NCBI GenBank assembly: GCA_017499595.2
Contig: CM039010.1
Coordinates: forward strand, 1,736,001-1,800,000
Direction of reading: 5' to 3'
Length of the DNA: 64,000 nucleotides
DNA from: Psilocybe cubensis
Lineage: Eukaryota
Below, one piece after another: positions 38,301 through 51,786 of the stretch (positions within the stretch are counted from its first letter, which is position 1; each line of letters opens with the position of its first letter). Below the pieces are notes generated by a model, which saw only the letters and a list, made by a program, of their open reading frames with translations, was not told the DNA's origin and did no database searches. The translations under genes and the position numbers were made by a program.

Positions 38301-38912
38301 GCGGCAAATGCGGAGAAGGAGAGGAAGAGGGGCAGTCATCAGAGTGGGCAGAGTGATATTGGAGATGGTACCATGGCACAGAGAAGGAAAGGGAAGAGAA
38401 GGAGCAGTAGTTCACAGCAATCAAAGAAGGCGAGGGCGGGCAAGGTGTTCCCATCGCTGCCCCAGTGGGTCGCAGAGAAGCAGAGCACGGATGATGGGCG
38501 GATGAGGCTGAATGACCCGAAGCGCTCTTTGCGGGGTATTTCTTTTGGTTACCCGTTCATCTCGCGTCCGCCGATGGGATCCCAGGACTCGTGTGGTACC
38601 CCTGGTGACATAACAGTGCCGGCTCCGCCAGCGGTCGCTGCTGGTGCGTCGACGTCGACGTCTTCGAGTGTGTCGAAGCTCAAAAAACATGTTGTGGATG
38701 TTGTGTCGAAGCCGAATAGGGCGCTCGATTTGTTGTACGGTGTGCAGTTGAAGGAGGTGAGGGGCCGCCCGGAAAGTGGGAGGAGGATGTTCGATCCGTG
38801 GATTCAGAGGTGCAGGTATGCGTTTTGCTATGCGATGCTGCTCCTTGCGGCAGGACTTTGTACGGCATCAGTGTATTTGATTGCGATTAACACTAAGAAG
38901 CTGGAACAGTAG
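35352..38912 (+). CDS. Large Ser/Thr/Pro-rich hypothetical membrane protein, 3 exons (introns 35864-35920, 36771-36834)
   Basis: Three long ORFs join in frame. Hydrophobic segments are FWAFWLGFICPVLWLVGGW and the C-terminal YAFCYAMLLLAAGLCTASVYLIAI. Confidence 0.8.
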
Positions 38913-40221
38913 GCGGTATGACCATGATGATTAGGCTGGGTATGGGATATCGGGACTATGAAATATTTTTCGTCGCATTTGGTTCTTTGTTCTTCTTTTA
39001 TTATTTGTCTTTTTTCACTTTTTTTTGCTTTTCGAGTACGGCATCTTGTATTATAGTCGATTCCTATGCAATATCAAGTCTTTTCAAACTGACCTTTGGT
39101 AGAATGACGTTCGTCGACAACCTGTGTATTGCAGACAGCTGTTACGAGCCTAAAGTGAGAGTGGACAGCTGTCGCGCCTTCACCTGGGCGCTGGCTGCAT
39201 TTGTCGAAAAAAATGGAAGCAGCAGTAGTCCTCGACGCAATGAAAGTGGCGCACCACATCTGAAAGAGAATTCTTCTGGTTTGCCTGGAATTATTTACAA
39301 GTGAAGCGTTAGTACCGATGATGACTGTTGAAAGACATTCGGGAGGTTCCCAAACCACTCTGACCCTCCCGACCAATTTAATTAAGTTATTGGCGTTGTG
39401 ATTGCATAGAATTATTCCGATTCATCCGGTCTTCGTAGGACGTGTTAATGCAGCTGAATACTTTTTAATGGCCCCCCAATGGATCTCGCCTTTCGTAAAA
39501 CGATACAATACCCCATTAACACCGAATACCACGGCCAGAGTATCGGGAACATAATATCTGCCAAATCGATTTATCAAATAAAAGCGGGCGATGGCGACGA
39601 AGGGTTGAGCGGGCAAGGATTACCGGTCCTTCTTCAAGAATCCAATCCATGACCACGCCCCCGAGTAGACATCAATGACAGTTAACGTACTCCGCCCGAG
39701 TTGGATTGATAGGATTGAAAAAGTCAATTCTCAAGTGGAGAATGGACCTGGAAGCATATCAGACTGCACTTGCTACTTGCTAGCCATCTTTTGCATGAGG
39801 AATTGGATAAAGGACAAATATTTATTTGCCCTCGCTACAGGTCCAGATGTTGTAGCAAAAGACTGGATCGGCCGTTGTTTGCCCATCAGCGCGGAGCCCA
39901 AGACGCTACGAAAACGTCAACTTTCAAGTCAATGGTTGATTCAGACGTCGAGTTGTTTTGGTGTACAGCCAGCGCTACTAGATTTGTCGTGTAGGCCTCG
40001 TGCCAGCGAGACAGAAGGTTTAGAATAATCATGTCTGTTGTAGTCGAGAGGAAGGATATGTCAGAGAGACGGAAGCAATTTCTATTCCGGGGAGAATTCA
40101 CAGCCACAGCGAAAGAGAGCTTGGTTCTGCTCTGCCACGACTCTGTACACGACAACTACCAAACTCTAACCTCTCAGCTCTATACACAGAATAGAGCCGG
40201 CCACGCTGCGGATGACCGCTC

Positions 40222-43200
40222 ATGGCTCTGCTTCTGCTCTGTGCATTCGCCGCCCTCCTTGCATGGTCTCAAGCACTCTCAACTAGGTCTGCGGACTCAC
40301 AAGAACTCGCTCGCCGAGCAGCGGTCCCCAGCGACTATACCAGCCAACGATACGGCCTGCCACCCGTAGAAGAAGCTACACCGAATATCAACAAGGAATA
40401 TGATCTCCTCGATATCGTGCTTGTTGCCTCCGTCGATGGGAAATTCCATGCACTCAAGCGGTCGACAGGCCATATACTATGGTCCATGTCCTCCTTCGCT
40501 ACAACCACCAGCGTTTCAGCACCCTCTTCATTGGCGCCGCTCGTGCGCTCTTCACATCCAACACCAGACTTTGAGGCCTTCGATGAACCACAGCAAGAGA
40601 CATATATAATCGAACCGCAGTCGGGTTTCATTTACGTCCTGCCTACTCCCGATGCACCGCTCCAACGCTTTCCGTTCACCATGGCCGAGCTCGTCGAACT
40701 GTCACCGTTTACATCTGGCAATCCGAACGATACGCGAGTATTTGTAGGAAGGAAAGAGACATCTCTCTTGTTGATCGAACTGGAAACGGGAAAGATCAAG
40801 GCGACCCTTAATGCAGAGTGTCCGTTTATCCCTGATGAGTTCGAGGACACGCCAATCGACTTGGACGAGTTGGAGGGGAGCAAACCACCCATGTCTGCCC
40901 CAACGGAGGTTTACATTGGTCGTACCGGTGTGTTTTTTGTCCACTTTGGATGCAACTAGTATTCATCTCTCTACAAAGATTATATTATAACCATACACCA
41001 GAAACCCAAGCCTGGTATGCCGCTTATACCTGCTCAAGAACTGTCGTTTTCAACATATGGGCCAAATAACAAGGACAACCACTTGCAAGCTATCTACCAT
41101 CGAACAAACGACGATATGTACGTCCAATCCCTCACCAACGGAGAAATTATCGCTTTCCACGCCACAAGTGGTCATGAGAAGGGGAGAAAGGCCAAGCCAA
41201 CTGACCCCGAATCTGGGAAAGCGCTGTGGGGGCATCCATTCAAAACACCTATGTACGTAACTCTATCTTTACGTTCAGGAACCTGGCTTGATCGTAATTC
41301 TATAGAGTCGCCATATTCGATGTCCTGCAACCTGTCCCCGCGACCCCTCACCATGGACATTCTGCACACCCAATAGTGTTGCTGCAACCCCGACCACGCT
41401 TGCAAGATTTGTTTCCAAAACTTTCTTCAGGCCCTGGCCTTGCAGATCCTCTTTTGGGAAAGTTGGCATCGGCGTATGTTGGACTGGTGGAAGAAACTGG
41501 TAGTCTCTTTGTCATGAGTGCGGACCGATATCCTCTCGTCGTATTTTCAGGAGGCGACAGGCCCGGACTGTCCGGTGGTGAGAATGGCGTGGAGAGCACT
41601 TACGGGAGGAGAACCAAATATCGCGCAATCGACCCGCCGAATGCGCACACGAACTCGGACGAGGCGCATGTTGGCGTGCTAGAGGACGTTGAAGCGGCGG
41701 ATCGAGAGTATTGCGCAGAGAACCCGTACGATCCTCGGTGTCTTGTCGGCGTGCGGGGGATGGAGCTGGGCGATGGTGTCGAGGATCGGATGAAGAGGTT
41801 GATCGACGGGCCGAAGACACAGGCGCCAGCGGAGCAACAGCCTATGGGAGGCAATCCACAGCATCGGCCGGTGGTGCAGATTAGCCCGTTGAGGGATGTG
41901 GTTGTGGAGGATAGTGAAAATAGCAGTGGAGGCGGGTCGCCGCAGGGCAGGAAGCTTTTGGAAATTGATGGCCCACCGACTGGGAGCGTTTCGTCGAGGT
42001 ATCAACTGGTCGGGAGCATTGACTCAAATGGTGGACAATTTGGGAGGCCGCCGTTTGGAGGTGCTTGGGAGGCTGTTATTTTGTCGACGCTGTTTGGTCT
42101 CTTAACGGTGTGGGTAATGTGGGCCAAGGTCAAGATCAGGGTTGGGCTAGGCAAGCAGAATTCCTCCGAGGTTGTGGACGCTTCTCCAAAAACCACGAAG
42201 TTGGAGGAAGCTGTTGGGATTTCCAAGGCGGAGGGAGATACCAAGCTGCAAGTCATTGCTGCCGAATCGGATCCCACGATACAGAATAAGGATTTGGACT
42301 CTATTGCTTCGCGGCCTGCTGCTGCTGCGAATGTCGATGAATCGCCGACATCTGTGCCCGGGGGTGTGGGAACAAGCAAAAAAGAGACGCCCACTCTCGA
42401 CCTTCCGCCAATTCCTACACCTTTAGCGCCATCTGAGGGCCTTGCGACGCCTATACCTGGCACTCCTACTCCTGGTTCTGGCGCACCTCTTGGTGCCGAG
42501 GATGGAGAGGATAATGAAGGTGAGGCTGACGGTGGTGCTTCTGCTACACCTGGAAAACGGAGACGACCGAGAGGACAGAGGGGAAAGAAGAAGAAACAGG
42601 GACTCGCACCTGCGCCTGGAAGTGGGGAGTGGGTGGATATAGCAAAGGATCAACCGTCCCCACCAAAAGAAGAGGAAGAGAAGAAGCCGTCGATCATTTT
42701 AACGTCTTCTTCACCCAAGCCCCCTGTTATTCAACCACCGTCATTGGTGGTTTCAGATACCATCCTTGGTATGCTTTCATTGCATTCTTTCATTTGTAGT
42801 CTAATTAATGTCTTGGATAGGCTTTGGGTCGCATGGTACTGTCGTGTTTCAAGGTTCACTGCAGGGACGAGCTGTTGCGGTCAAGCGTCTTCTACAGGAC
42901 TTTGTCACTCTTGCCGCACGCGAAGTTTCTATTCTTCAAGAATCTGACGACCATCCAAATGTTATCCGATACTATTATCAAGAATCACAGGGGAACTTCT
43001 TATACATCGCACTCGAATTGTGTCCAGCGTCTCTGGCAGACATCATCGAGTGTCCGGATCGCGAACAATGGCGGGATATCGCAATCAATTTTGACCCAAA
43101 ACGTGCGTTGAAGCAGATAACAAGCGGGTTGCGGCATTTGCACGCGTTGAAGCTAGTACATCGGGACATCAAGCCTCAGAACATACTAGTGTCATTCGCC

Positions 43201-44305
43201 AAGTCGGGTGCGGGTGGTGGGTTTGGAGGCAGGGCTGGTGGTGCAGGCGCTGCTTATCGGATGCTCATCTCAGATTTCGGGTTGTGTAAGAAGCTGGATA
43301 CGGATCAGACGAGCTTTTTGCCCACAGCGCATGGCGCGATGGGTGCTGGAACGGTAGGATGGCGCGCACCGGAGATTTTGAGAGGGGAGGTGAAGCTGGA
43401 TGAGATGAGTACGGGTGATGATGCATCGCTTTCGTCTAGGGGCTCGGTGGCGACGATCAATGGCAATTCGTCGACGTCTTCCGGTGGAGGTGTGCCGTCT
43501 AGTAATATGACGAGGTTGACGAAGAGTGTGGATATTTTTGCGTTGGGCTGTTTGTTCTATTACACGCTGACGAATGGCGGTCATCCATATGGGGATCGGT
43601 TTGAGAGGGAGGTCAATATCATGCGGGATGAGAAGGATCTAAGTGGGTTGGAAAGATATGGGGAAGAGGGCACGGAGGCGAAGAATTTGATTGAAGCGAT
43701 GCTGAGCTTTGAGGCAAGGAAGAGGTACGTTTCCTCGTGATCATACTGTTTTCTTTTTTCTAACAAATATGTCTTGCTGTTGAAGACCTGATACCACGAC
43801 ATGTTTGCTGCATCCTTTCTTCTGGGACCCCGGTCGCCGCCTCAACTTCTTGCAAGATGCTTCTGATCGGTTCGAGATCATGTGCAGAGACCCTAAAGAC
43901 CAGCACCTACTTACGCTGGAGACCGGTGCTCAGAGTGTCGTTGGCAATGACTGGCATTCAAGGCTAGACAAAATTTTCATCGACAACCTTGGCAAGTACA
44001 GAAAGTATGATGGGCGGAGCGTTCAGGATCTCCTGCGGGCATTGAGAAACAAGGTTCGTTCGGTTTAATCTATTGAGGTATTTCAGGAAGCTGATGCATG
44101 TGGTTGTTAAATGGTATAGAAACATCACTATCAGGATTTACCGGATAATGTTAAGCGACATCTGGGCCCCATGCCTGAGGGTTTCTTGGGGTACTTTACC
44201 AGGCGGTACCCTCAGCTATTCTTGCATGTGCATGGTGTCATACAGGATACAGGCCTCCACAGTGAATCGATGTTCAGGACGTACTTTGAACTACCTGATT
44301 CATGA
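40222..44305 (+). CDS. IRE1: IRE1 ER-stress sensor kinase/endoribonuclease, 6 exons
   Basis: Signal peptide; luminal domain (LVASVDGKFHAL...W); TM helix; basic linker KRRRPRGQRGKKKK; kinase (LGFGSHGTVV, VAVKRLL, HRDIKPQN, SDFGLCKKL, GTVGWRAPE); KEN/RNase domain (DLLRALRNK|KHHY). Confidence 0.97.
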
Positions 44306-45824
44306 ACACTCTGTCTCTTTCCTGTGTCCTTGCCATTGCTTTTATGGTTCTGGTCATCCAAAAGTATTCATTGTCGGCTCTCTTGTTGCCTTATATTGTT
44401 CTGCTTGCATGCTCTTTCTATATCGCATACCAGTCACCTCTGCCATCACATTCAACATCAAATAATCCTCATTCATCTCCATCGTCATTTCCATTCAATC
44501 TTCATCTTCATCAATTTTCAACTCTTCAAAAGTGCCTACAACCGCATATTCTTATTCTCTCCCCTAACGCCACTCCACACACACAACTGTAATATCACTA
44601 TCTGTGTATCACAATCGACCTCGGATCTTTCACTTTCAGCTTTACGACATATATACACGCAAGAGTGCCCTCCTGTTCTTCCTCTGTGGCCACATACCGA
44701 CGGTGCACATGGATTCGTTTCGGCACAGTTATTTTCATATTCCATATTGATACCTTCATCCAATCTGTCAATTTTTTTTCTTTTTCTTTCTATTTTTTTC
44801 TTTTATATAGTGTGTTGTTTATATTATGTCTTTTTTGATACCGGCTTTCAAAATTCTGTTCATGTTGCTTTGTTGGATGTTGTTTTTTTTACCTTTCTCC
44901 CGCAACTTTTGCACGCAACTTCAATCCCTTGTTGCCTTCGGTCCGATTCTTGCTTGGGGTATGAAACGGTACAGAACAGTCCTTGGTCGAAATTTATTGT
45001 AGATGAAAAGAAGGAATTGTGTTATGTACTAGTAGGAATAATTTCTTTGCTCTTTTATTCAGTCTCCAGGTATTTCAGTTCGGTTGCCAACTGAAGGTGG
45101 GGTCGAAGTCAAACGACTACTCCATGATCATGTGATTTTCGTTCCAAGTTCTAACCTCCGAATCCTTGAACCAGTGATTTGCTTCTCGCTCCCACCAACT
45201 GACAACAAAGCGATTTGCTTTTCGTTAGTAGTTGGTTTCATCTCAATATGAATGCTTGTTCGTGGCTTCGTTATAATTTGGCATCCACTCGCGAATCATT
45301 AGGACATGTGCAACCAACTTGATTATCTGAACTTGTTCAATTGACAAAACCCTCAAAAAACCTTTTTCATAGCTCCCGACACATGCGCCTATTCTGATGC
45401 TTTGTCTTACGATCATCGGCTGTTTGGAAGTTGCCTCAGTTCAAGGTAGGAGACTCCCGAAAGTGACGTTTTAGGCTCATGATGACAGACTACCGAAGCA
45501 TGGTTCTGCGAACCTATTTTTGCTCAGGTGCATTGTAACCACCTTTATTTTGCAAGGAAGCTGTGTTGACTGACGTTTATATTCCTATTGGTAGAATTAA
45601 ACTTGACGTGAGGTTCCCTTGCTGACGCGAAGCAAAGTCATCCTCCGTCAGGTGTTCGACTTAGCATGAGGCTACTGTTTACTGGAGCTCTTCTGTTCTT
45701 TTTTTCTATCAAATTCTCCAACATCTGTATAATTTTCCGATGACATAGATGCGCCCAAATCAAAACATCACAAGGCTTGATATCAACTTCTTCTTGCGGA
45801 CCGGCAGACATGACTGAGTCAAGG

Positions 45825-45831
45825 TATAAAT
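45825..45831 (+). promoter_or_regulatory. TATA box of the GH127-like gene
   Basis: TATAAAT about 45 nt upstream of the ATG at 45873. Confidence 0.55.
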
Positions 45832-45872
45832 ACTATTGTGGAGTTGTTTTGCATGGGCAGGTTTTTTGCATC

Positions 45873-48800
45873 ATGAAATCGTCGCTGTTTATATTGCTAA
45901 TTGCCTTGAAGCCAGCATTCGCTGCTACTGGACGTATGTCTTCTTTCTGACTCGTGTCGATCAAGCTTTTCTTGCTGATTGGTATTCTCTTTCAGTTGCG
46001 CCTAAGAAGTACCTCAGTTTACCACTAGGCGCCGTCAAACCATCAGGATGGCTATTGGATCAAGTACGTTGCAATTGATATGTTTCACACTGCAATGATG
46101 ACACCTGCTTTGATAGCTCAAAGTCCAGGCTAATGGTCTGGCAGGTCATGAACACGAGTTCTACAGCTAGTGGGCACTGCTTCTTACACCAACATAGTCC
46201 GATTAAATTTTGATGAACGACTTACAGTGTCTCACAGACTGATTGGATGGGTGGAGACTCTTTTTACTCGAACTTGGAAGAAGGTAGTGTCAGCAGTAGC
46301 ATTTAACCATTTCATGAAATGCTAATGAAACTCAAATCTGTATAGCCGGAAGCTATTGGTTTGTAAGTCCAAATAGCTTCTGAGAACAATTATGATGTAT
46401 ATTCAAGTCGACTTCGCAGAATGCCATGGTACCTAGCGGTATTTTGGCCAACAGTTCTGAAATCAATGCGAAGACCTCTGCATTCCTGTCATATGTACTC
46501 TCCCACCAAGATTCTACTGGGTGGCTTGGACCAGAAGTTAATACCACTAAACCTCGCTTTCTATGGGGAAGGTAGTTGGCATCTTCTCTCGAAATTATAT
46601 ATCCTGATCATGTTTTATAGGTATCCCTTCATGCTTGGTGCTATTCAAATGGCCGAGTATGATTCTACATTAACCACTCCTGTTGTTAATGCTTTATATA
46701 AATTTGTGACTCTGGCAAACACTATGCTGCATGCCGGTCAAGGTTTAGAGCAATGGACAGAATCACGATGGGAAGATTTCGTCATTGTCCTACAGTGGTA
46801 AGCCGGTCAATAGATGCAATAAGTGTGACGCTGAATACACCTTGGCTCAAGGCTCTATGATAACCATCCCAATGGACAGGAAGATCTGCTCATTGACACT
46901 ATGCAACAATTGAGAGCCACCGGGATTCCCTGGGAAAAGGTTTTCAGTCCACAGGTATTTGTGTTATTAGTTACTATATTGTTTCATAAACTTATTGCTA
47001 CGTCAAGTACTTCCCTACAACCCCAGGTACAAATTTCATATTTTTTTCAATCGTGAAGTAGCTTAGAACACGCTTATGCATAATTTAGTCGAAAATATTC
47101 CAGTAAGTGATAATTCATGTGTCTACGTGATCGGTTCTGAATTTTTTGGGCAGAACCCGCTCAACCTACCCATCGCGGTAATACTGTGTTTATACATTCT
47201 TATACATTCTGCAACTCACCTAATATATTGTTTCTACTAGTGGCATGGTGTGAATGTGGCAGAGGCGCTTAAAGCTTTGCCAGCAGCCTTCCGTTTTAGT
47301 CATAATCAGTCAGGTAACTTGATGCTCTATGTGCTACATGCTTGATAATGAATTTAAATTTTTATAGATCTCGACGCCGCAAGTCAGGGCTGGGACTTAC
47401 TCTTCCAGTACCATGGTCGACCTTCCGGTATCTTCGCTGCTGATGAATATCTCGCAGGCTTGGAAGCTGCTCGAGGGTAAATATATCTCAACTTCTATCT
47501 ATCCTTTCTTTTTATACCATTATTAATACACTCACAGAACAGAATTATGCCTGGTCGTGGTACGCAGATAAATCTCTATGCAATCATTTTATTGCTCGCT
47601 CATCAACTTTAGGAAACTATGTTTTCGTCAGTTTTCAATCTACTTGCCCTTTTCTCATTTCAGGCTAATTTTATTATATGAAAGTGGCTCCTATCTTTAC
47701 CAAGTGATCGGCGATCCAAAGTTCGCAGATAGGGTGAGTGTCATAGTCCCACTACATGCCCCTTCGTCATTGAACCGTATGGCAGATTGAACGGATCACA
47801 TATAATGCCCTCCCTGCTACATTGACCGGAGGTATGATATATTAATATATCGATTTCAGAATGTTTATATGACAACGTATCAAGACATGTGGTCTAGACA
47901 ATACCTTCAACAACAGAATCAAATAGCCGCCAAGAACATGAATCCGTGAGTACTTAAGCGCCCAAATCCTTTTCAAGAAATTGACCTCTGCGGTTAGCGA
48001 CCCATTCCCAACCGATGGGTAAGATATATCTATCCTCTTTTTTTATCACATTTAAATCATTGATCCCAACACTACTTAATCAGATCATATTCCAATGTCT
48101 TCGGACTCGACCCCAATTACCCGTCAGTTTCAACAGCTTTAGCATGTGTGCGATCTCTCTGAATAATCTTTTGTAGCTGTTGTACGGTCAACCACCCACA
48201 GGGGTGGCCGAAGTTTGTCTCAAATGCATTCCTTACCACTCCTGACCAAGCCTCGCTCGTTAACATTTACCTGGGTCCATTCGAGACATCGACAACATTG
48301 AGTTCAGGTTAAAATTCTTTTTTTAGTGCTTTTCGGCTATCTCGATTAAAACCTATCTATCAGGGAACCGGGTCAAAGCCGTTGTTGATACACAATACCC
48401 CTTCAGTGATACACTGACCACAACATTAACAGCTAGCAAGGCATTTACCTACTATGTGCGCATTCCAAGCTGGGTTGTTGGTGGAACTATCAGTATCAAC
48501 GGTGGCTCTGCTCAGCCAGTCAGCCCAGTAAATGGCCTCCAAGCTGTCTCGGCTGCTGCAGGGACAACTAAATTTGTCCTTAATCTGCCTGCCCCGATCA
48601 CAACTGGTTTGTTTTTAGGCTTGAGTCAATGTATTGTAGGCTAATACCATCTTTATAGAGAGCAGACCTCATGGATCTATTGCCGTACACCGTGGACCAC
48701 TTCACTATGCATTCGACAGTAAGTTTTATTTTTGCACGCACATCTAGCACTACAATGAAGCGCCGTGAAATCCCAGTTGCCAGGAGCCAGAAGGTTCTGG

Positions 48801-49190
48801 CTCAAAATAGCCAGCAGCCACTTGCAGTGGACCTGGAATTTGATGCTACAGTTAACTGGGAGTACGCGATAGATCCATCAACATTGAAATTCAATTCTGG
48901 AATCACTACTCCTGCTCTTCCATCCCCAATTTTCGACTCAGGGAAGCCGCCTCTGACAATCTCTGCAACCGCTTGCCCGATCGCATGGGCAGTAGCCGGA
49001 GACACATTCGCTTCGTCCCCCCCAACAAATCCAAATTGCACGGGTGCTCAAACCACTATCACACTGAGCCCGTATGGGGTACGTTGCGCCACTAGATTCG
49101 TTTTTCAACTTCAGATCTAACATATCGTACCTCTTTCCTTAGGCTACCAAGTTGAGGATAGGTGAATTCCCAGTTTTCCAGTCCAAGTGA
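45873..49190 (+). CDS. Secreted glycoside hydrolase, GH127/GH146-like (beta-L-arabinofuranosidase family), 25 exons
   Basis: Signal peptide MKSSLFILLIALKPAFAA. Motifs [70 protein letters not shown] and TQYPF...VRIPSW. All 24 introns are GT-AG and keep the frame. Confidence 0.85.
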
Positions 49191-50568
49191 ATGGAGTAGG
49201 GTTCTACTGGAATTCCTTTTCTGTTTCTTTTCCTTTATCTGTACTAGTGTGTTGTGCAATACGTGGACCTTAATGCAAAGGAATGCAAATCTCTATTGAA
49301 GGAACGCTCAAGTTCCAACCGGGCGCCTACAATGCATATAATACAAAGTACTCGAATTGATCCTCTTTGTGGGTCGCATTGAAACAAGTGCGAGTACCAC
49401 GGCCATACTGACATATATCCTCGGAAATGGGTTCCGTCGTGCAAGGCGTCATCAGTCTTACTTGTTTTGGATCCGCGGCTGACTCTAATCAAAATATTAT
49501 ACATGTTTTCTTTTTCTTTTGCTCATCTTTCATGATGATGCTCAGTGTACCGTAGTATGCTTCCAGCGGTGGTTGGAAGACGCTGCCCTCAAACTACACA
49601 TACACTGGTCATCCCTGTCAGCACTGCTGTACATGTTATACGCAGCAGACAGCAGACTATCGGATGGCATCTCACGACATGAACTGTAGCCCGACTCATA
49701 GGCACCGTGCAACCCGACGTCCAAGGGCCGTAAGGGTGTTGTCATTTCCTTTTTGGGAAGAAGAGGGCCGTGCACGGCGCGGTGTGAATTTGTGGCACCG
49801 CCTCTGATGCGACTCTGCACAGCGCTCTCGTCATCACTAACTTGAAAACATCAACCGAGTCAGACTAGCGACCCTGATGACGAAAACACGCGCTCATGGG
49901 TGGGGTAAGGCTGTGGACCCCCGTCGTCTGCTAGGACGAGGTCGTATCTCGGTGCATCTGGGTGGCTTGAGCGCTCTGATAGGAGTTTTGATCGCTCTCA
50001 GGAATGGAGCCGGTTGTGCTGCGAAAACCATCTATCAGCGATGGTGGAATAAACTCATGGTTGTTTAATCTTCGGTTCTGAGCGCGTTCTACGCTAGAAT
50101 CCGCCCCCTCTTGAAGTGAGAGCGTCCTCGTCGGATCTGTGTTCACATTCTGTGAAATTGTGTTTCGATGGCTATATCAATGTTTTATTGTTTTCCCTTC
50201 ATTTCAATGTTCGTGATAATTGATTGGAGGACGCGTGATGTCGCTGCGATATTTCGGGCTATGCATCCTCATACCACTACCTAGTTCAGGTTGACAAGGG
50301 ATTGAAGCATGGGACGACTGATGCGGGATTGCGACACTGCCGAGAACGGACATGAGGCGGGATTTGGCCATTAGATCGGTGAGTCAGAGATCGTAATTTC
50401 CGCTGTGCAAGGTATCCGCTACTGATAGGCGGCGCCAGGACATTCAATAACTTGAATTTTCCGCATCGGGACATTTTGGCGCGCGTTTCTTGGAATATAT
50501 AAAGGTAGGTGAGGAGACAGGATGGAGTCAACATTAAAAACACGACCCATTCTACGACTACCATCGTC

Positions 50569-51335
50569 ATGTCTCTCGAGAAAATACCTGCTATCCTGCT
50601 CACTGCCTTTGGCGTGCATATTTGTGCACAATCGCCCACACCTGTGATACCTGAAAACGAGAGGAAGATGAAAGACGGTGTGTTGGACATTCAGATTGGT
50701 TCACTCATTGTCAAGGTATGTTATTTGCAAATGAGTTATCAAAACATATATTCTAATTCTCCTTCTTCTAGAGTGCATTCTGGATACACTCTGCTGTAGA
50801 GCTATTCATCATCGGAGGGGCTGCAATTTGCCCAGAATCAACATCGTACCAGCAAGCCCTGCAATATCTTCTACCCGTCGGTCATGGATCGGATCGAATT
50901 TACCTATCCCCTTTCACCGCCATCGCCGCACTTCTCATTGTAGTTGGAGCTACAATCAGATACCTTTGCTATCAGGAGCTAGGAAGACACTTCACATTCC
51001 AAGTGACTGTGCTGAAAGGACATAAACTAGTGACGACGGGACCATACTCTTACGCACGCCATCCTGCGTATACTGGGTCCGCCATGGCTATCGCAGGCAT
51101 CGTAATGTGGTGTCTGGCACAGGGGTCGTGGCTGAGGGAGAGCTACGTGCAGGCAGGAGGTGATTGGACGGTCATCCTCATTCCCGCTGTTGCAGTTGCA
51201 TTTACGCTTGCTTTCGTGATCAACGTGTTGCGGAGGATTCCGACCGAGGACAGACTACTGAGAGAGCAATTCGGAGAGGAATGGGAGGTTTGGGCAAGTG
51301 CTGTGCCGTACCGCATGATTCCTTTTGTATATTAA
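50569..51335 (+). CDS. ICMT/Ste14 (PEMT-superfamily) integral-membrane methyltransferase-like, copy 1 (intron 50716-50771)
   Basis: ELGRHFTFQV, HKLVTTGPYSYARHPAY and RIPTEDRLLREQFGEEWEVW...IPFVY. TATATAAA at 50496. Confidence 0.88.
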
Positions 51336-51786
51336 AATTCGCAAGATGAGGTTCTGCCCTACCTTGTGCGTTTGGATCCTATAATACCCTGATAATAATA
51401 GGTCAACGCCTATGTATGTACATGTAATTTAAGTAATAATAGCTTTCGTCGGTGTTTTCCTATGAATATCTCGCTTAAAATGCTCCTTTTGAGCCAAGCA
51501 GTACCAGTCGATTTGAATGAGTTGCGGAACTAGAACACTCTGAGCGCTAGATGTTGCAGCCTTAAGAAAGTAAAATCATTTCAAATAGTCCTGCCAGCGC
51601 GCAGGGCTGTGCCGAAGAGAACTTAGAGAAGACCTACGGGATGAAGGCGCCGATGACACGCTCCAGATATTTACGAAAGAATGCAACTAAAGAAACTAAG
51701 TCAATTGTCGGAATTTTGAGGCGGCGCGACGGTAGTGTATGTATATAAAGAAGGCGATATTGTAAATGGGAGAGACAGCCTTCAGT

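Noticed and set aside
44324..45094. 256-aa ORF directly after IRE1
   Set aside because: Non-ATG start, T/C-rich sequence and F/L/I/S/H-biased translation, typical of 3' UTR or intergenic DNA.
40222..45650. A UPR mini-cluster (IRE1 plus a HAC1/HXL1-like target, or UPRE-like TGACGTGA at 45604)
   Set aside because: No bZIP gene or paired IRE1-cleavage hairpins were seen. A single 8-mer downstream of IRE1 does not show functional linkage.
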